A stretch of 63,791 nt of DNA, counting the filler, from Folioceros fuciformis (Eukaryota), in assembly GCA_049999805.1 (NCBI GenBank). It is 8 parts of 8 records of this genome, joined end to end, with 100 filler letters (N's around TTAATTAATTAA, not from the genome) between each part and the next. Parts side by side here need not be neighbours in the genome. Positions count along the whole stretch, not along the records: positions 10,853 to 18,669 come from JBNGIO010005763.1; positions 18,770 to 37,373 come from JBNGIO010005765.1; 6 more parts are not named here. One strand, 5' to 3'. Below, in pieces: positions 13,601-25,656 of this stretch (position 1 is the first letter of the stretch; every line of letters starts with the position of its first letter). The notes beneath the pieces are model-generated. The model was not told the origin of the DNA and ran no database searches. It worked only from the letters and a program-made list of their open reading frames with translations. The position numbers and the translations under genes are program-made.

Positions 13601-14330
13601 TGTGGAATGCGGGTTTTTGGCAAGTACCCGCAATAGGTAGGGAGCGGCTAATAACATTTTTAGTTTTGTTTGGTTTTAGTTTAGTAGGTTAGATGAGTGG
13701 CGATAATAAGGGGTAGTATTATAAAGAAGTTACCTTCTTTGGGATGGCTACCTATAGGGAGGTATGCCCACGTAGGGAGGATATCTCTGTGGGAGGTAGT
13801 ACCCAAATAAGAAATATAGTTGTGAAGGGCAAGCTACCTACAGAAAAGGGACACCTATGTAGGGTATCTATTAAGGGCAGTTACTACATATAGAAGTATA
13901 CCTACAACAAGAGGGTATTTAAAGGGGTCCCTACCTAAGGTGTCCCATCAATGAAGGGTGCTCACCTCCACGTAGGGAACTACATCTACCTACATAGCGG
14001 GGAATAAGGAAGTAGTTGTGCGACAAGACACCTACGCCGGGGACCTACTTGTTGTGGCCAAGCGGACTCAAAGAGAGAAAAAGGGCTTTGCTATGGTGAG
14101 AGCCATAGGGAGAAACGGTGCAAGGGACGTGAAATCAGCTGCACAGAAGCTGGGAGCAGTTGCCTACGGAGGTAGGGGTATAACCTTGCGTAAAGGAGGG
14201 TGACCGACATTCTTGGGGTTTTGTTCCATCAACTATGGCGCAGACCTCCAACAATACTCAGGTGGGTTTCGGTAGTAGGGGACGACCCACGAGGGCAGCC
14301 AACTCTCCCCGAATGTGAAAATTGTGCAAA
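13601..14330 (+). mobile_element. Unclassified LTR-like insertion beginning TGTGGAATG
   Basis: Abrupt loss of copia homology at 13601, a TG start and non-coding content. The right end is uncertain. Confidence 0.35.
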
Positions 14331-14336
14331 AACGAT

Positions 14337-16710
14337 TGTTGCCAAAACTGAATGAATAAAATAATCAATACAAAATGTTTACAAAACATGTGTTTAAATA
14401 TTCATGACTTGGAGTCATGTTGTTTCACTTTAACTAAACATAATTAATCTAAATTAAATACATACAACCCTAAGTGTGACAGGGCTTGTTATCTTAACAC
14501 TCCCTCTCAAGCTTCACGCTTAGGTAACAACTGGTCTAAAGCAATCTCCACAGAAATGAAGCAAGGCAAATAGTCCACCAACGGGCAATGATTCTCCACA
14601 CATGAGGCGTCCCCCACTTTGTGGTAGAAAACACATGTGCTGGCGGCGTAGCAGCAGTAGTTTTGAAATTGAAGAAAGCTCATAAAGAAAAATGGAGATA
14701 AATAACTCACAACTGGTTGTCTACTTGTGGCTTCATCTACTAAGTCGTTCGCTCCCTCTGTAGGTCTAATCCTACACTATGTGTCATTCACATAAGCTGA
14801 GTAATCACCCAGCCCTAAGCCATCCATATGCTTATAGTGTTTTGGCTTAGAAAGTGCTTTGGTTAGAATGTCGGCCACATTGTCATTTGTTCCAACATAA
14901 CTAACCTTCGTTACCCCTGTATCCACGGCATCCCTGATGTAATGATGGAATATCTCTATATGCTTGGTGTGTGCATGGAATCGAGGGTTAGCGACCAGGG
15001 CAAGCGCTGACATGTTGTCACAAAGTATGGGGGTAGGGTTCTGTTGTGTCTGCCCCAATTCTTGTAAAAACCTCCTCTCCCATTCAGCCTCCTTGGTGGC
15101 TTCAGTGAGAGATTTATACTCTGCCTCTGTTGAAGAAAAAGATATAGAGGGTTGCTTCTTGCAACTCCAATTAATGGCAGCTCCTACAAGAAGAAAGCAA
15201 TATGTGGAGAGGCCGCGACGGGAGTCAGCATCAGATGCCCAATCGGCATCTGTAAAACCTTGTAGAATGAGTTTAGCCTTGCCACTACGCTTGTATATGA
15301 GCCCATGTGTCATTGTGCCTTTTAAGTATCTGAAGATACGCTTGACGGCAACCCAATGAGCCCTACCAGGGTGCTCTAAGAACTGCGACACTGTACTAAC
15401 TGCATACTAGATGTCAGGTTAGGTCCAGTTCGCCACAAAAATGAGACTTCCGACTGCGTGTCTATATGGAACATCTTGCATATCCAACTACTCCTCTAGG
15501 GTTTGCGCACATTGAAGACTAGTGAGCTTCACACCCATAGCAGCTGGGGCTGGTCGTGCCTCGTCCATATGAAACTTAGTCAAAATTTCCTTGATGTACT
15601 TGTTTTGATGTATGGCCATCACCCCATCAGCTCTCACCAACTGGATCCCTAAACAAAACTTCAAGTCACCAATATCCTTCATTTCAAATTTGTTGGATAA
15701 AAGCTGCTTGACATGTTCTAAAAGGGTCTTGTCATTTGTGGCTAATATTACGTCATCAACATATAAAGCCAAAATGAAGTATGAGGAGCCTTGGGTAAGC
15801 ATATATATATTGGAATCAGCAGTACTTTGTACAAAGTTAGTTTCCAATAAGTAAACATGCATGGTAAAGTACCATACTCTACCAGATTGCTTGAGGCCAT
15901 AAATACATTTGAGAAGTAATAAAACTTTGTTGGGGTATTTAGAATCAACATACCTCTCAGGTTGTTGCATATAAAGTTCCTCCTCAAGCTTGCTGTACAA
16001 ATACGCTGTGCAAACATCCATTTGATGCAGATACAAATCATGTTTTGTTGCCATAGCAAGTAACATCCTAATGGATTGAGATCTAACCACAGGACTGAAT
16101 GTCTCTTGATAATCTAGGCCTTCAACCTGCGTGAATCCCCTAGCCACGAGTCTGGATTTGTAACGTGCAATCTCTCCCTTGGAGTTGAGTTTGTGCTTGA
16201 AAACCCACTTGCACGAGATGGGTTTCCTACCAGGTGGCAAATCCACTAACTTCCATGTATTATTCTTGATCAAGGACTGATACTCATCCTCAACTGATAT
16301 ACGCCACTTGTCATCCTCAGGGCCAGACAAGGCTTGCTTCAAGTTGATTGGCTCATCAGGGATGACAGTAGCGAGTGATGTGAAAGTGTTGCGGAAATTT
16401 ATAGACTCATAGGGGGGCTCGATCCACTCGGCTCTAGGTAGTCTATGGCGGGTGGATCTACGCAACTCGGGCTCTGGTGGAACTTCTACAACTTGTGGCG
16501 GCATGACATCTGGCTCTAAAACAGGTTCATGGTCATCCTGAAGAGGGTCAGGAACTGCATCTTCCATGAAAGGTTCAGGGTGATGTGCAAGGTTGTTCTC
16601 CACAGCTGGTGCATTTAGGTGTTCATGTGCCAGCTCATCTACGGGTGCATGGGCAGGCTGTGTTGAGATGTCACCCCCGCCATGCTCAAAGGAGGTTAAA
16701 ACAAGTTAGT
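14337..16710 (-). mobile_element. Ty1/copia 3' half (INT-RT linker, RT, RNase H, PPT, short 3' LTR about 14337-14499)
   Basis: ORFs 15488-16603 (YVDD) and 14777-15391 (TDADWA, EAEY, DILTK). PPT TTGAGAGGGAG followed by TGTTAAG at 14499. Confidence 0.9.
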
Positions 16711-18669
16711 TGAAGCAAGATGCAGAATCCCAAAACTAAGAGCACTATAACAAGGCTCTTAAACTAAAATAAAAAGGAGAATTACAAAAACAACACAATA
16801 CAAGTGAAGAGGGAGTTAGACTGCATCTACTAAGTGGGTTCATCCCTTCTTTTATGGACCTATGGGTGGCACTCTCATTTAGTGCCCAATATGGGATAAA
16901 TGACCCCAACCAAACCCTACAATACTTCTTTTGCCCAACATAGCAAAGTCTAATAAGCTATATATATATATTAATCATAACCTTAATCACTCTTACCACT
17001 AATTAGTACAAACTCAATAAGCTGGATTAGCACTAATTAATATCAACATTAATCATGCTTAACACTCCCACTCAGCGCACTTGAGTTTGCTTCAGTCCAA
17101 GTAGTCCCCTGCATTTCTCAAACTTGAACTTACTCACTGCCTTGGTTAAGAAATCTGCAGCCATTTCCTCAGTGTTGCAATATTCAAAGGTAACCTCCAA
17201 TAACTTCACCTTCTCACGTACAAAGTGATGTTGAATGTCAATATGCTTTGTCCTTGCATGATGCACTGGATTCTTGATCAAGGCCATACTTCCTTGACTA
17301 TCGCTCCTAAGAGTGGTCGGATGCAATTGTTCATAACCAATCTCCTCCATGAGCTTTCTCAACCATACGGCCTCCTTGGTGGCTTGTGTGGATGCCATGT
17401 ACTCAGCTTCAACTGTCGATATGGCCACCGTGGGTTGCTTCTTACTATTCCAGGTAATGGCACCTCCTCCTAAAATAAAAGTATATCCTGTAGTTGATCT
17501 TCTATCATCAAGATCACTTCCCCAATCGGAGTCACAATACCCAATAATATTATGGCATTTGATTCCACCCGAGAATTCCAACCACATATCACTTGTACCT
17601 CTCAAGTATCGCATGATCCTTTTCACCGCAATCCAATGTTGCTTTCCAGGGCTTTGCATAAATTGGCTCACTACTCCCACTGCCTTTGCAATGTCTGGAC
17701 GTGTTCCTACCATGGCATACATCAAACTTCCAACTGCTGCCCTATATGGGATGTTACTCATCTCATGCTCCTCCCCATCATTTGATGAGTAGTCAACCTT
17801 ACACAACTTCACACCTAAGTCTTGAGGGGTCCCAATAGGCTTGCAATCCATCATTCCAAATCGCTCCAATAATCCCTCAACATACCCTTGCTGACCAAGC
17901 CTGATGATACGTGCTGCCCTATCTCTCCGCACTTCAATTCCAAGACAATAGTTGATGTTCCCTAAGTCCTTCATTTCAAACTTCTTTGACAACATCTCCT
18001 TCACTTTATCAATACTGCTTAAAGATGGACTCAACAAGATAAGATCATCCACATATATGGCTAAGATTACCTTACTTTGGGAGACCTCAAAAATGTAGAT
18101 GCTCTCATCTGATGTGCATTGCCGAAAACCCTGCTCCAAAAGATATGAGTTAATCTTTTGATACCAAGCTCTCGGAGCCTGCTTCAATCCATAAAGAGCT
18201 TTCTTCAATTTGCAAACCATGTGCTCCTTGCCCATAACTACATAGCCTTGGGGTTGCTCCATGTAAATGTCTTCCTCCAAGTCCCCATTTAGAAATGTTG
18301 TTTTCACATCCATTTGATGAATCTCCAAATCATACATTGCTCCCACTGCAAGTAAGGTTCTGATGGATGCAAACTTGGCAACTGGTGCAAATGTCTCATT
18401 GTAGTCAATGCCCTCCTCTTGGGAGTATCCCTTCACCACCAACCTAGCCTTGAATCTATCAATTTCCCCACTTGCATTTCTCTTGATTCTAAACACCCAC
18501 TTACACCCAATGGCATTCCTTCCTGCGGGCAATGTTGTCAACATCCACGTATCATTACCTTCAAGGGACCTCATCTCCTCATCCATGGCTTCTTTCCAGT
18601 GCTCGCAATCCTTCCCTTGTAGAGCTTCAGCCACAGTCAATGGTTCCCTTCCGTGTGTCATAGCAATGG
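16711..18669 (-). mobile_element. Ty1/copia RT-RNase H with 3' LTR (about 16711-17064), apparently nested in the previous element
   Basis: Uninterrupted 529-aa ORF 17072-18661 (QMDVKTTFLNG, YVDD, CDSDWG, DFLTK). PPT GAGTGGGAG followed by TGTTAAG at 17064. Confidence 0.92.
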
Positions 18670-18769
18670 NNNNNNNNNNNNNNNNNNNNNNNNNNNNNNN
18701 NNNNNNNNNNNNNTTAATTAATTAANNNNNNNNNNNNNNNNNNNNNNNNNNNNNNNNNNNNNNNNNNNN

Positions 18770-19786
18770 CCTCCTCTAACAATGCTGCAAGAGCCATGTT
18801 TGTATCTCGAGGTCGAGGACGACGTACCACTAGTGGCCCTCGTCCACCTTACAAGCCGACTGGTTCTCGCCCAACATGGCCAGCCTCGAAGTCTAACACT
18901 TCAAAGAGGGGCCCCTGCACCTGGTGCAGAATTCCTGGCCATACAGAAGCTGAATGCCGTAAGAAACAAAACGGCGAACCTAAAAGAGAGGCTCCACCTT
19001 CAGCTCATGTATCCTCAAAGAAAAGTTCGGGTGCCATGCTTCCAGTATGCATGGTTTCCTCGTCCCAAGATAGACATGCTTGGTATCTAGACTCAGGTGC
19101 CACAACACATGTCTGTAATACACGTACAGCATTCACCACGTTGATACCTTCTCCTAAGGGACGGTTTGTCCTTCTAGGTGATGACAGTGGTCTATGCATT
19201 GAGGGCATGGGTACAGTGGTCCTCCATCTTGCACATGGTCAACAAATTACGTTGTCAAATGTTATCTATGTGCCACAGATGGCAAAGAACTTGGTGTCTC
19301 TTAGGCGTCTGTCTCCTCCCGGAAAATCTTTTCTGCTCCCAAGTGGCGACACAGACTAGCAGCCCAAGCAGGAGCAGCAGGATAAAGCTGCCGTCCAAGT
19401 GCGAAATTCCGCCAACACTCAGCATAGCTACAACTCGATCTGCAGACGGAGAGTATGCGCAAGTTGAGAGACGGCACGGATTACGGCGCATGTGAGGTTC
19501 ACGACGGCGGGATTACAGTCTAAGTGGGGGTAGCGAGATAGGTTGCCCTTAACTAGCCCGTATCCCGGCGTCATGCATAGTTTAGGTCGTTAAGCGAATA
19601 GTTACACATATATATATATTTATTATATAAGTGCACGAACAGGTGCACAGTCGTAACGTTAATAGTCAACCGCCGTACCGGTTCACATGACACGGCCTCT
19701 TATGGCCTTACACCCACATTCACAAGTGGCTATTCTGATTTTCTAAGCTTTCTCTCTACGCCGTGTGCTACCGATCCTACGCTACA
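18770..19786 (+). mobile_element. Internally deleted copia (gag knuckle and protease joined to 3' region, PPT and LTR)
   Basis: CTWCRIPGHTEAEC and WYLDSGAT in ORF 18796-19359. PPT-like AAGTGGGGG at about 19522. The LTR-like stretch ends ...GCTACA at 19786. Confidence 0.75.
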
Positions 19787-22772
19787 TTTGGTAAGGATGG
19801 AATGGCAAAACCAGGATTAACTGGAGTCGGAACAGGGCCTCCAGGTGGGGCCTAAACCTGTGGGTTGACAACCGGCAAGGGGACATCGTGTTCCATATCA
19901 TCCAAGGGATAATTACTACTGTCTAGATATGATTATGTAGAATCAGCATCTTGAGAGATATGAGGGAAGCTGTAGGTGCCTTCATTATTCACATTCAAAG
20001 ATGGAGGTGCTGGCTCAATAAACTTCACACTTCTGGTAAGTGTCATGGATCTAGTTTTTGTGTTAACCAACTTATATGCTTTTGCAATTTCACTGTACCC
20101 AACGAAGAGTAGCTTCAGTGAACGGGAATCAAGCTTTTTTCTTTTATCAGCTAGGATATATGCATAGGCTCGAGATCCGAAAACCTTCAAATGTAGTAAG
20201 CTAGGCTTGCAGGACAAGAACACCTCATAAGGAGTCTTGTGCGGGACAGAGCTAGTCAACACCCTATTCAAGATGTATGTCGCTGTGACAATAGCCCTTG
20301 CCCAATAACCGTGAGGTAATCCGGCCCAAATGAGCATGCTTCGGATCATTGCTAGCAAAGTTTGGTTCTTACGTTCTGACACGCCATTTTGCTGTGGTGT
20401 GTAGGGAATAGTGAGTTGGAGAAGGATCCCATGCTCTTGCAACAAGTCATCAAAAGCCTGGTTCATGAATTCCGTCCCGTTATCTGTTCTGAGCACTTTC
20501 AGCAGCATTCCAAACTGCCTCTGCATAGTGGTCAACCAATCCTTGAAGTAGGAAAATCTGTCGATCTTCAACTGCATAAGGAATGTGCAGGTATATCTAC
20601 TGTAATCATCTATCAATGTAAAGAAGTATTGAGAACCTCCCAATGAGGGTTTTTGGATATTTCTAGATATGTCAGCGTGTACTAAGCCAAGCACTTGTGT
20701 TGCCATGTGTGTAGGTGCATTAGGAAATGGAGATTCTTTTTATTTCGCTAGAATGCAAGACTCGCACACAGGTAAATGCTTAAAGCACTTTGGAAGTGGT
20801 TCACGATGACATTCTATAATTGACATATCTATCAGCTTAGAACAATTGATGTGCCCTAGTAGGGCATGCTACAAAATGGCTTCTTGCTGGGAGCTAAGTG
20901 ACTTAGCTTCTGCTGAATGGGCAACATGTTTGGCAGATTGTTTTTGATAGGTAATGTCTAACCTATACAGATCATTCTCTAAAATAAATTTGAAAATGCA
21001 TATGTTAGGGAACTGCTTTCTGTAGAAGCAACACGTGTTAAAATCTGCAAGCATGTGGAAGGTACGTAAACGCATGACCTGACTCATGGACATAAGGTTT
21101 TTGGCCATGCCTGGGAGGAAGAGAACATCTTCTAACACGAGAGGTGTGTGATCATGAAGCATGAACACACATGTACCTCGACCTTCTATCTGCAGACTTG
21201 TCTTTGATTGCTCATCACCAAGAAGCACCTTGTCATCAACATGAACAAGGTTGAGGGAAGTGAACAACACCCTATCTCTGCAAATGTGAGTTGTGGCGCC
21301 AGAATCGATGTACCAGTAGCCTTCGTCTTGCAGAGAACTTGACAAGCAGATGGTAAGGATCCTCACACATGCCTTGGAGTCACTTGTCTTGTCCTTGACT
21401 GCCACGTTTGCAGCAGGTTTTGGTTGCTTCTTGGGCTCACTTGCCTTCTTCTTTTGGCATTCTCTTGCCCAACGGCCAGGAGTCTTACACCAATTACAAG
21501 AACCTAGCTGCTTAGTGTTTGAGGATTCTCCCTTCTATTGCTTGGAAGTGTTGTTTCCCCCTCTGAATTTGTTCTGTCCTTTAGAAGAACGAAAATTCAT
21601 ACCTAACACCTTCTCGGCTTTGCTCTTAGGAACACCAACAGAGAATGCATAGCTCTGCTCCTCCTGGAACAAGGCACCAATCATCTCTTCAAGGGTGATG
21701 GCGACAGGTTGCCCAGCAGTAGCAGCTGTGTGTGTAGTACGAATCAGTCCGTTTTGGCTTGTAACAAAAGGTTGATAGGAGACAAGGAGACTGGTTAGTA
21801 GCTGGGCCACAGCGTCCACTTCAGACATCTTGTTGCCAATCAGGGACGCCAACTGTGCCCGCAGATGTCAAAATCTACTAGTATGAGTTGCCACCTTATC
21901 GCCTTCCTTCATTTTAAGTGCGTAGATCTCCTACCTTATAGCGCAGAGAGTCATCGTGTTCTGTACTTGATATTTCTTTTCAAGTTGTGTCCAGATTTCA
22001 GCCGCAGCAGTGAAGAACTCGACTTCAGGAACGAGATCAGCATCCAATCCTCTGATGAGTAGGGCCATGGCTATTGTAGGGTTATTAAAGCCCAATGTGC
22101 CTAGACTAATGTGTTTAGTCTAAGATTAGTGTCTAGTTAAGTATCATTAGTTTAAATTAGCTTAAGCTAATCTCAAGGAAGCTTCTTGTTCAGCTTCCTG
22201 TGGGCTTCTTGTGAAGCTTCCTAGGGAGCTCTTCTAGAGGGTATAAATACCCACTTGAGCTCTCTTGTATGTGTGACTCTATTGTGAGAGTGTGACCTCT
22301 CTTTCTCCTCTCCTCCTTGCCTCCTCCTCTCCTCTCCTCCTTGCCTCCTCNNNNNNNNNNCTTGCCTCCTCCTCTCCTCTCCTCCTTGCCTCCTCCTCTC
22401 CTCTCCTTCACCATGTAGCTCCTAGAGCGTTCCTTCAGCTATGCCATTAAGCAAGTCCCATTTGGCAATCTCATCAGCCGAGGGTGCTGGGGTAGCATTG
22501 GGGTCTGGTTTCTTGGAGGTGCCATCCACGACAGGATAGACACCACGTGCTATCAACATGCTTTTCATGTAAACTCTCCAAATCGAGTATCCCTCTCCCT
22601 TGAACCTATCCTTCTCTTTAAGTTCTGAGGTAAAGGATGGGGTGCTTACAGCTGCTGCCATTGGAATAGGTGAAGGCTGAGTTGTTTGAACAACTTGGTT
22701 TAGACTAAGCTGTTGAAAGGTATTTATTAATGTGTTCAATTGTGCTAACAGGGATGCAGTGGACATGAACAC
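19787..22772 (-). mobile_element. Degenerate Ty1/copia gag-PR-INT
   Basis: Gag KEKDRFKGEGYSIW (22422-22772), protease WYIDSGAT (20869-21405), integrase RTDNGTEF/PQQNGVSER (19933-20706). Confidence 0.9.
22075..22437 (+). mobile_element. Solo LTR of copia family B with 5-bp TSD GCTAT, inserted in the gag of the host copia
   Basis: TG...CA ends. GCTAT at 22070-22074 and 22438-22442. Matches the LTRs at 59997 and 61512, and the host gag reads across the site. Confidence 0.92.
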
Positions 22773-23839
22773 CTGGTCAGATTGTAAAAGGCTATGGCTC
22801 TTACTGTACAGGTAGGTGTGCTATATCCAAGGTCTACGTGCACGTTGTTAATGAGCTAACGAAGGTATCCAGGGGAGGAGTGCTAGGGGGTTAGCCAGAG
22901 GAGGGGCAGCTGTTGGCTATGCCCTGCTCATGCTAAACTCCTCAACCTTCCTTTCGAGCTATCATGAAACGTTATTAACAGAACCCTTAAAAAATAATGC
23001 CTTAGCATTATGACGTTTTGATTAGGTCAAAAACAACTATCGTGTTCCATTCATGGGAAACGACACTAACTGACCAATGTTCTGCTGTGTAGCAATTTTG
23101 TGATGAGGTGCAGGGCAAAAAAGCACCACTTCATCTCTGGGCAGCAAATTCTCCTGCGCCTCGGGTGTCCCCACTCATGGGTAGCAAAAATTTTCAAGAA
23201 ACATGAGCACTGGATTCCACAGGTGAGCAATCTTGTTCAAGACTCTAAAGCTTTAGACCCATTTGTTGCAAGAGATCAGTAATATTGCTGATGTCTTGTT
23301 GGAGTTGATCTGAACAGGCAAGAATTGCTCGTTCTGCTTGGGAGTCCTAATAGCGGATTCTGTTCTTGAGGCAAATTTGATTTGTAAACACAAGAGAGGG
23401 ATTTGAAGGGTATGTGGTGGGATCTGAAGAAAGCATATTTGGAATCTGAGCAACCAACACTAGCTGCCACCTAGCCTACCCAAACTCTCCTTTCCCCTCT
23501 ATCTTTAGCATGAGAGTCTCCATAGTCGCAGCAGCTAGCTTCTTGAAAGCAAGCTGGCCACCTCCCTCAAGAAGGGACTCTACCAATTGACTCTAAAAAA
23601 CTCTTGCAGCATGTATAGACAAGTGAACTCTCGTTAGACATCGACATTTCAGGCCTACCACATGCTTAGGTATGATTGACTCATAAGTTAACCACCAAAG
23701 ACCAAGGAAAACCAAATAGGACTAACTAGACACAAATGAGAAAAGAACGAAAAAACCAAACCACACGTTGGGCAAAACACGTCCAACTACAGGATAGGAG
23801 CCCATCCCAAAATTTCTTGTTCCGTAGTGCAGCTGCCTA

Positions 23840-24910
23840 ATAATGATAGCTATGGATGGAGCCTACAACAAGATGTATATGTTCCACATGAGGGTGCACG
23901 TAGCAATCAATGGTGCCACCCACTACATTACGTGCCTAGCGCCAGTGGACGACAAAAGAGAAGAAATAATCTATGATGAGGGGTTGTGGAGAAGTTTGGG
24001 CACCCACGATGAATCCAATGTGACTTTGCTACAAAGCAGAAGTTGGTGGAGGTAGACTTCATGCATGCAAGACCCAAGAAGAACAACAACAACTTCAAAA
24101 GAGGCCCGTTCGTGCACAATCAAGTGAGGTTGGAAGGGCTTATGAGCTTGGGAGAAGGATGTTGTAGTGGTGGTGAGGGTGTGCAGTCAGCTTGTGATGA
24201 AGTCAACAACCGTATAGTCATGTCACAACCTCCTTGGGTAAGTGGGTGGGTAAGTGCCCACATGTGGAGAATCCACGCGATACCCTCTTGTCGCCCTCCT
24301 TGTCCAATAGGCAGGTGGCATAACTGCCCCCAGGTGGTTGGATTCTCGCAACAGGTCGAGGGGCCTCCACAGAAGGTCTGGACAGGAAATTTGATGAAGC
24401 TGACATTGAAGATCGAGGTGTGTAGTACAGGCCAGGGTTTTGCCCACGCCGGTAGCAACGTTCTCGATATAGTTTGTCAACTTCTTGTTTTTTGTTCAGA
24501 GTCCACCTTCGTGTAGGTGTGTTGTGAGAATGCCTGGTAGTGAACTTCTGTAGCCAAGAGGGCAGGGTAGTTTTGCTCGTAGAGGTCCAGCACCGTATGT
24601 AGATGTGTGGATGTTGTGTGCCTTGGTGGAAGTCCTTCTAGACGATTGTATCTAGAGAACCCACCTCCAGTGAGCCGCTACGATTTCTACCGTGCCTTGG
24701 CATCTTCAAGATCTTTGCTCAAATGCGTACCATGCTCTGATATCATATGAATAAATGAGTGGTAGACAAGAGAGCAGAACATTGATTGCTAAGAATAATT
24801 ATTGATGAGGTCAAAACAAGTCTTAAATACATAACATAAGCAATAGTTCATTAATTAACCCTAATCCATAACTAACCTAAGATATAAGTTAAAGTTGATT
24901 CTCTTTAACA
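23840..24910 (-). mobile_element. Old LTR-element remnant: LTR (about 24746-24910) plus tRNA-iMet-type PBS and degenerate internal region
   Basis: Minus-strand TGATATCAGAGC at 24734-24745 (one mismatch to TGGTATCAGAGC) adjoins an AT-rich block that starts TGTTAAAG on the minus strand. Confidence 0.45.
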
Positions 24911-25112
24911 TTTTCTTCCATACAAAGAGTGCTTATATTACACAACTTTGGGTGCTTACACTACCCAACTATGGGTGTCACTTAGAACACATCTCTTTTT
25001 GTCCTTTTTTTATTAGGGAGGAATAAATTTGTATGCCAATGTGGTTATTATAGAAGAGTGGGTTTCTTCTCTAGTGCTTGTAAGGAGTGCTTGTAGGTTT
25101 CTTTTGTGCAAG

Positions 25113-25490
25113 AAGTGCTTGTGTACAGCATATCCATTAGGCAGTGCTTGTGTACAGCATATCCATTAGGCAGTGCTTGTGTGCAGCATATCCATAAAGC
25201 AATGCTTGTGTACAATATATCCATTCCTGGGTGGTAGCCTTCCTTCTTCATCATGGCATATCCATTTCTTCAGCAAGGCATATCCATTCCTCGGAGGTAG
25301 CCTTCCTTCTTTCAGCAAGGCGTGGTGGCTTTCTTTCACATCCATTCCTCAGTGTTAACCTTCCTTCTTTCAGCAAGGCATGGCTTTCAGCAAGGCGTAG
25401 TAGCCCTTCTTTCATATACAGTCCTGTGGCTTTCAGCAAGGCGTGGTAGCCTTCGGTGGTAGCCTTCCTTCTTTCAGGAAGGCGTTGGCC
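25113..25490. repeat. Minisatellites: about 29-bp unit GTGCTTGTGTACAGCATATCCATTAGGCA (about 4 copies) followed by degenerate GGTAGCCTTCCTTCTTTCAGCAAGGC units
   Basis: Repeated units visible directly. Confidence 0.8.
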
Positions 25491-25656
25491 TGTACAATCT
25501 TTAGATCATGGCTGCACCAGTAGTAAGTTCATCATGTCAATTCGTCATTTCATATCATAACCCAGAACCTTGGGAAAGGACGGAGGTGTACACCTTTGAG
25601 AGTGCAAAGTTTAGCACACAATAAAGGGTCACTGGCTAATTCTCCACTGGTTGTTC

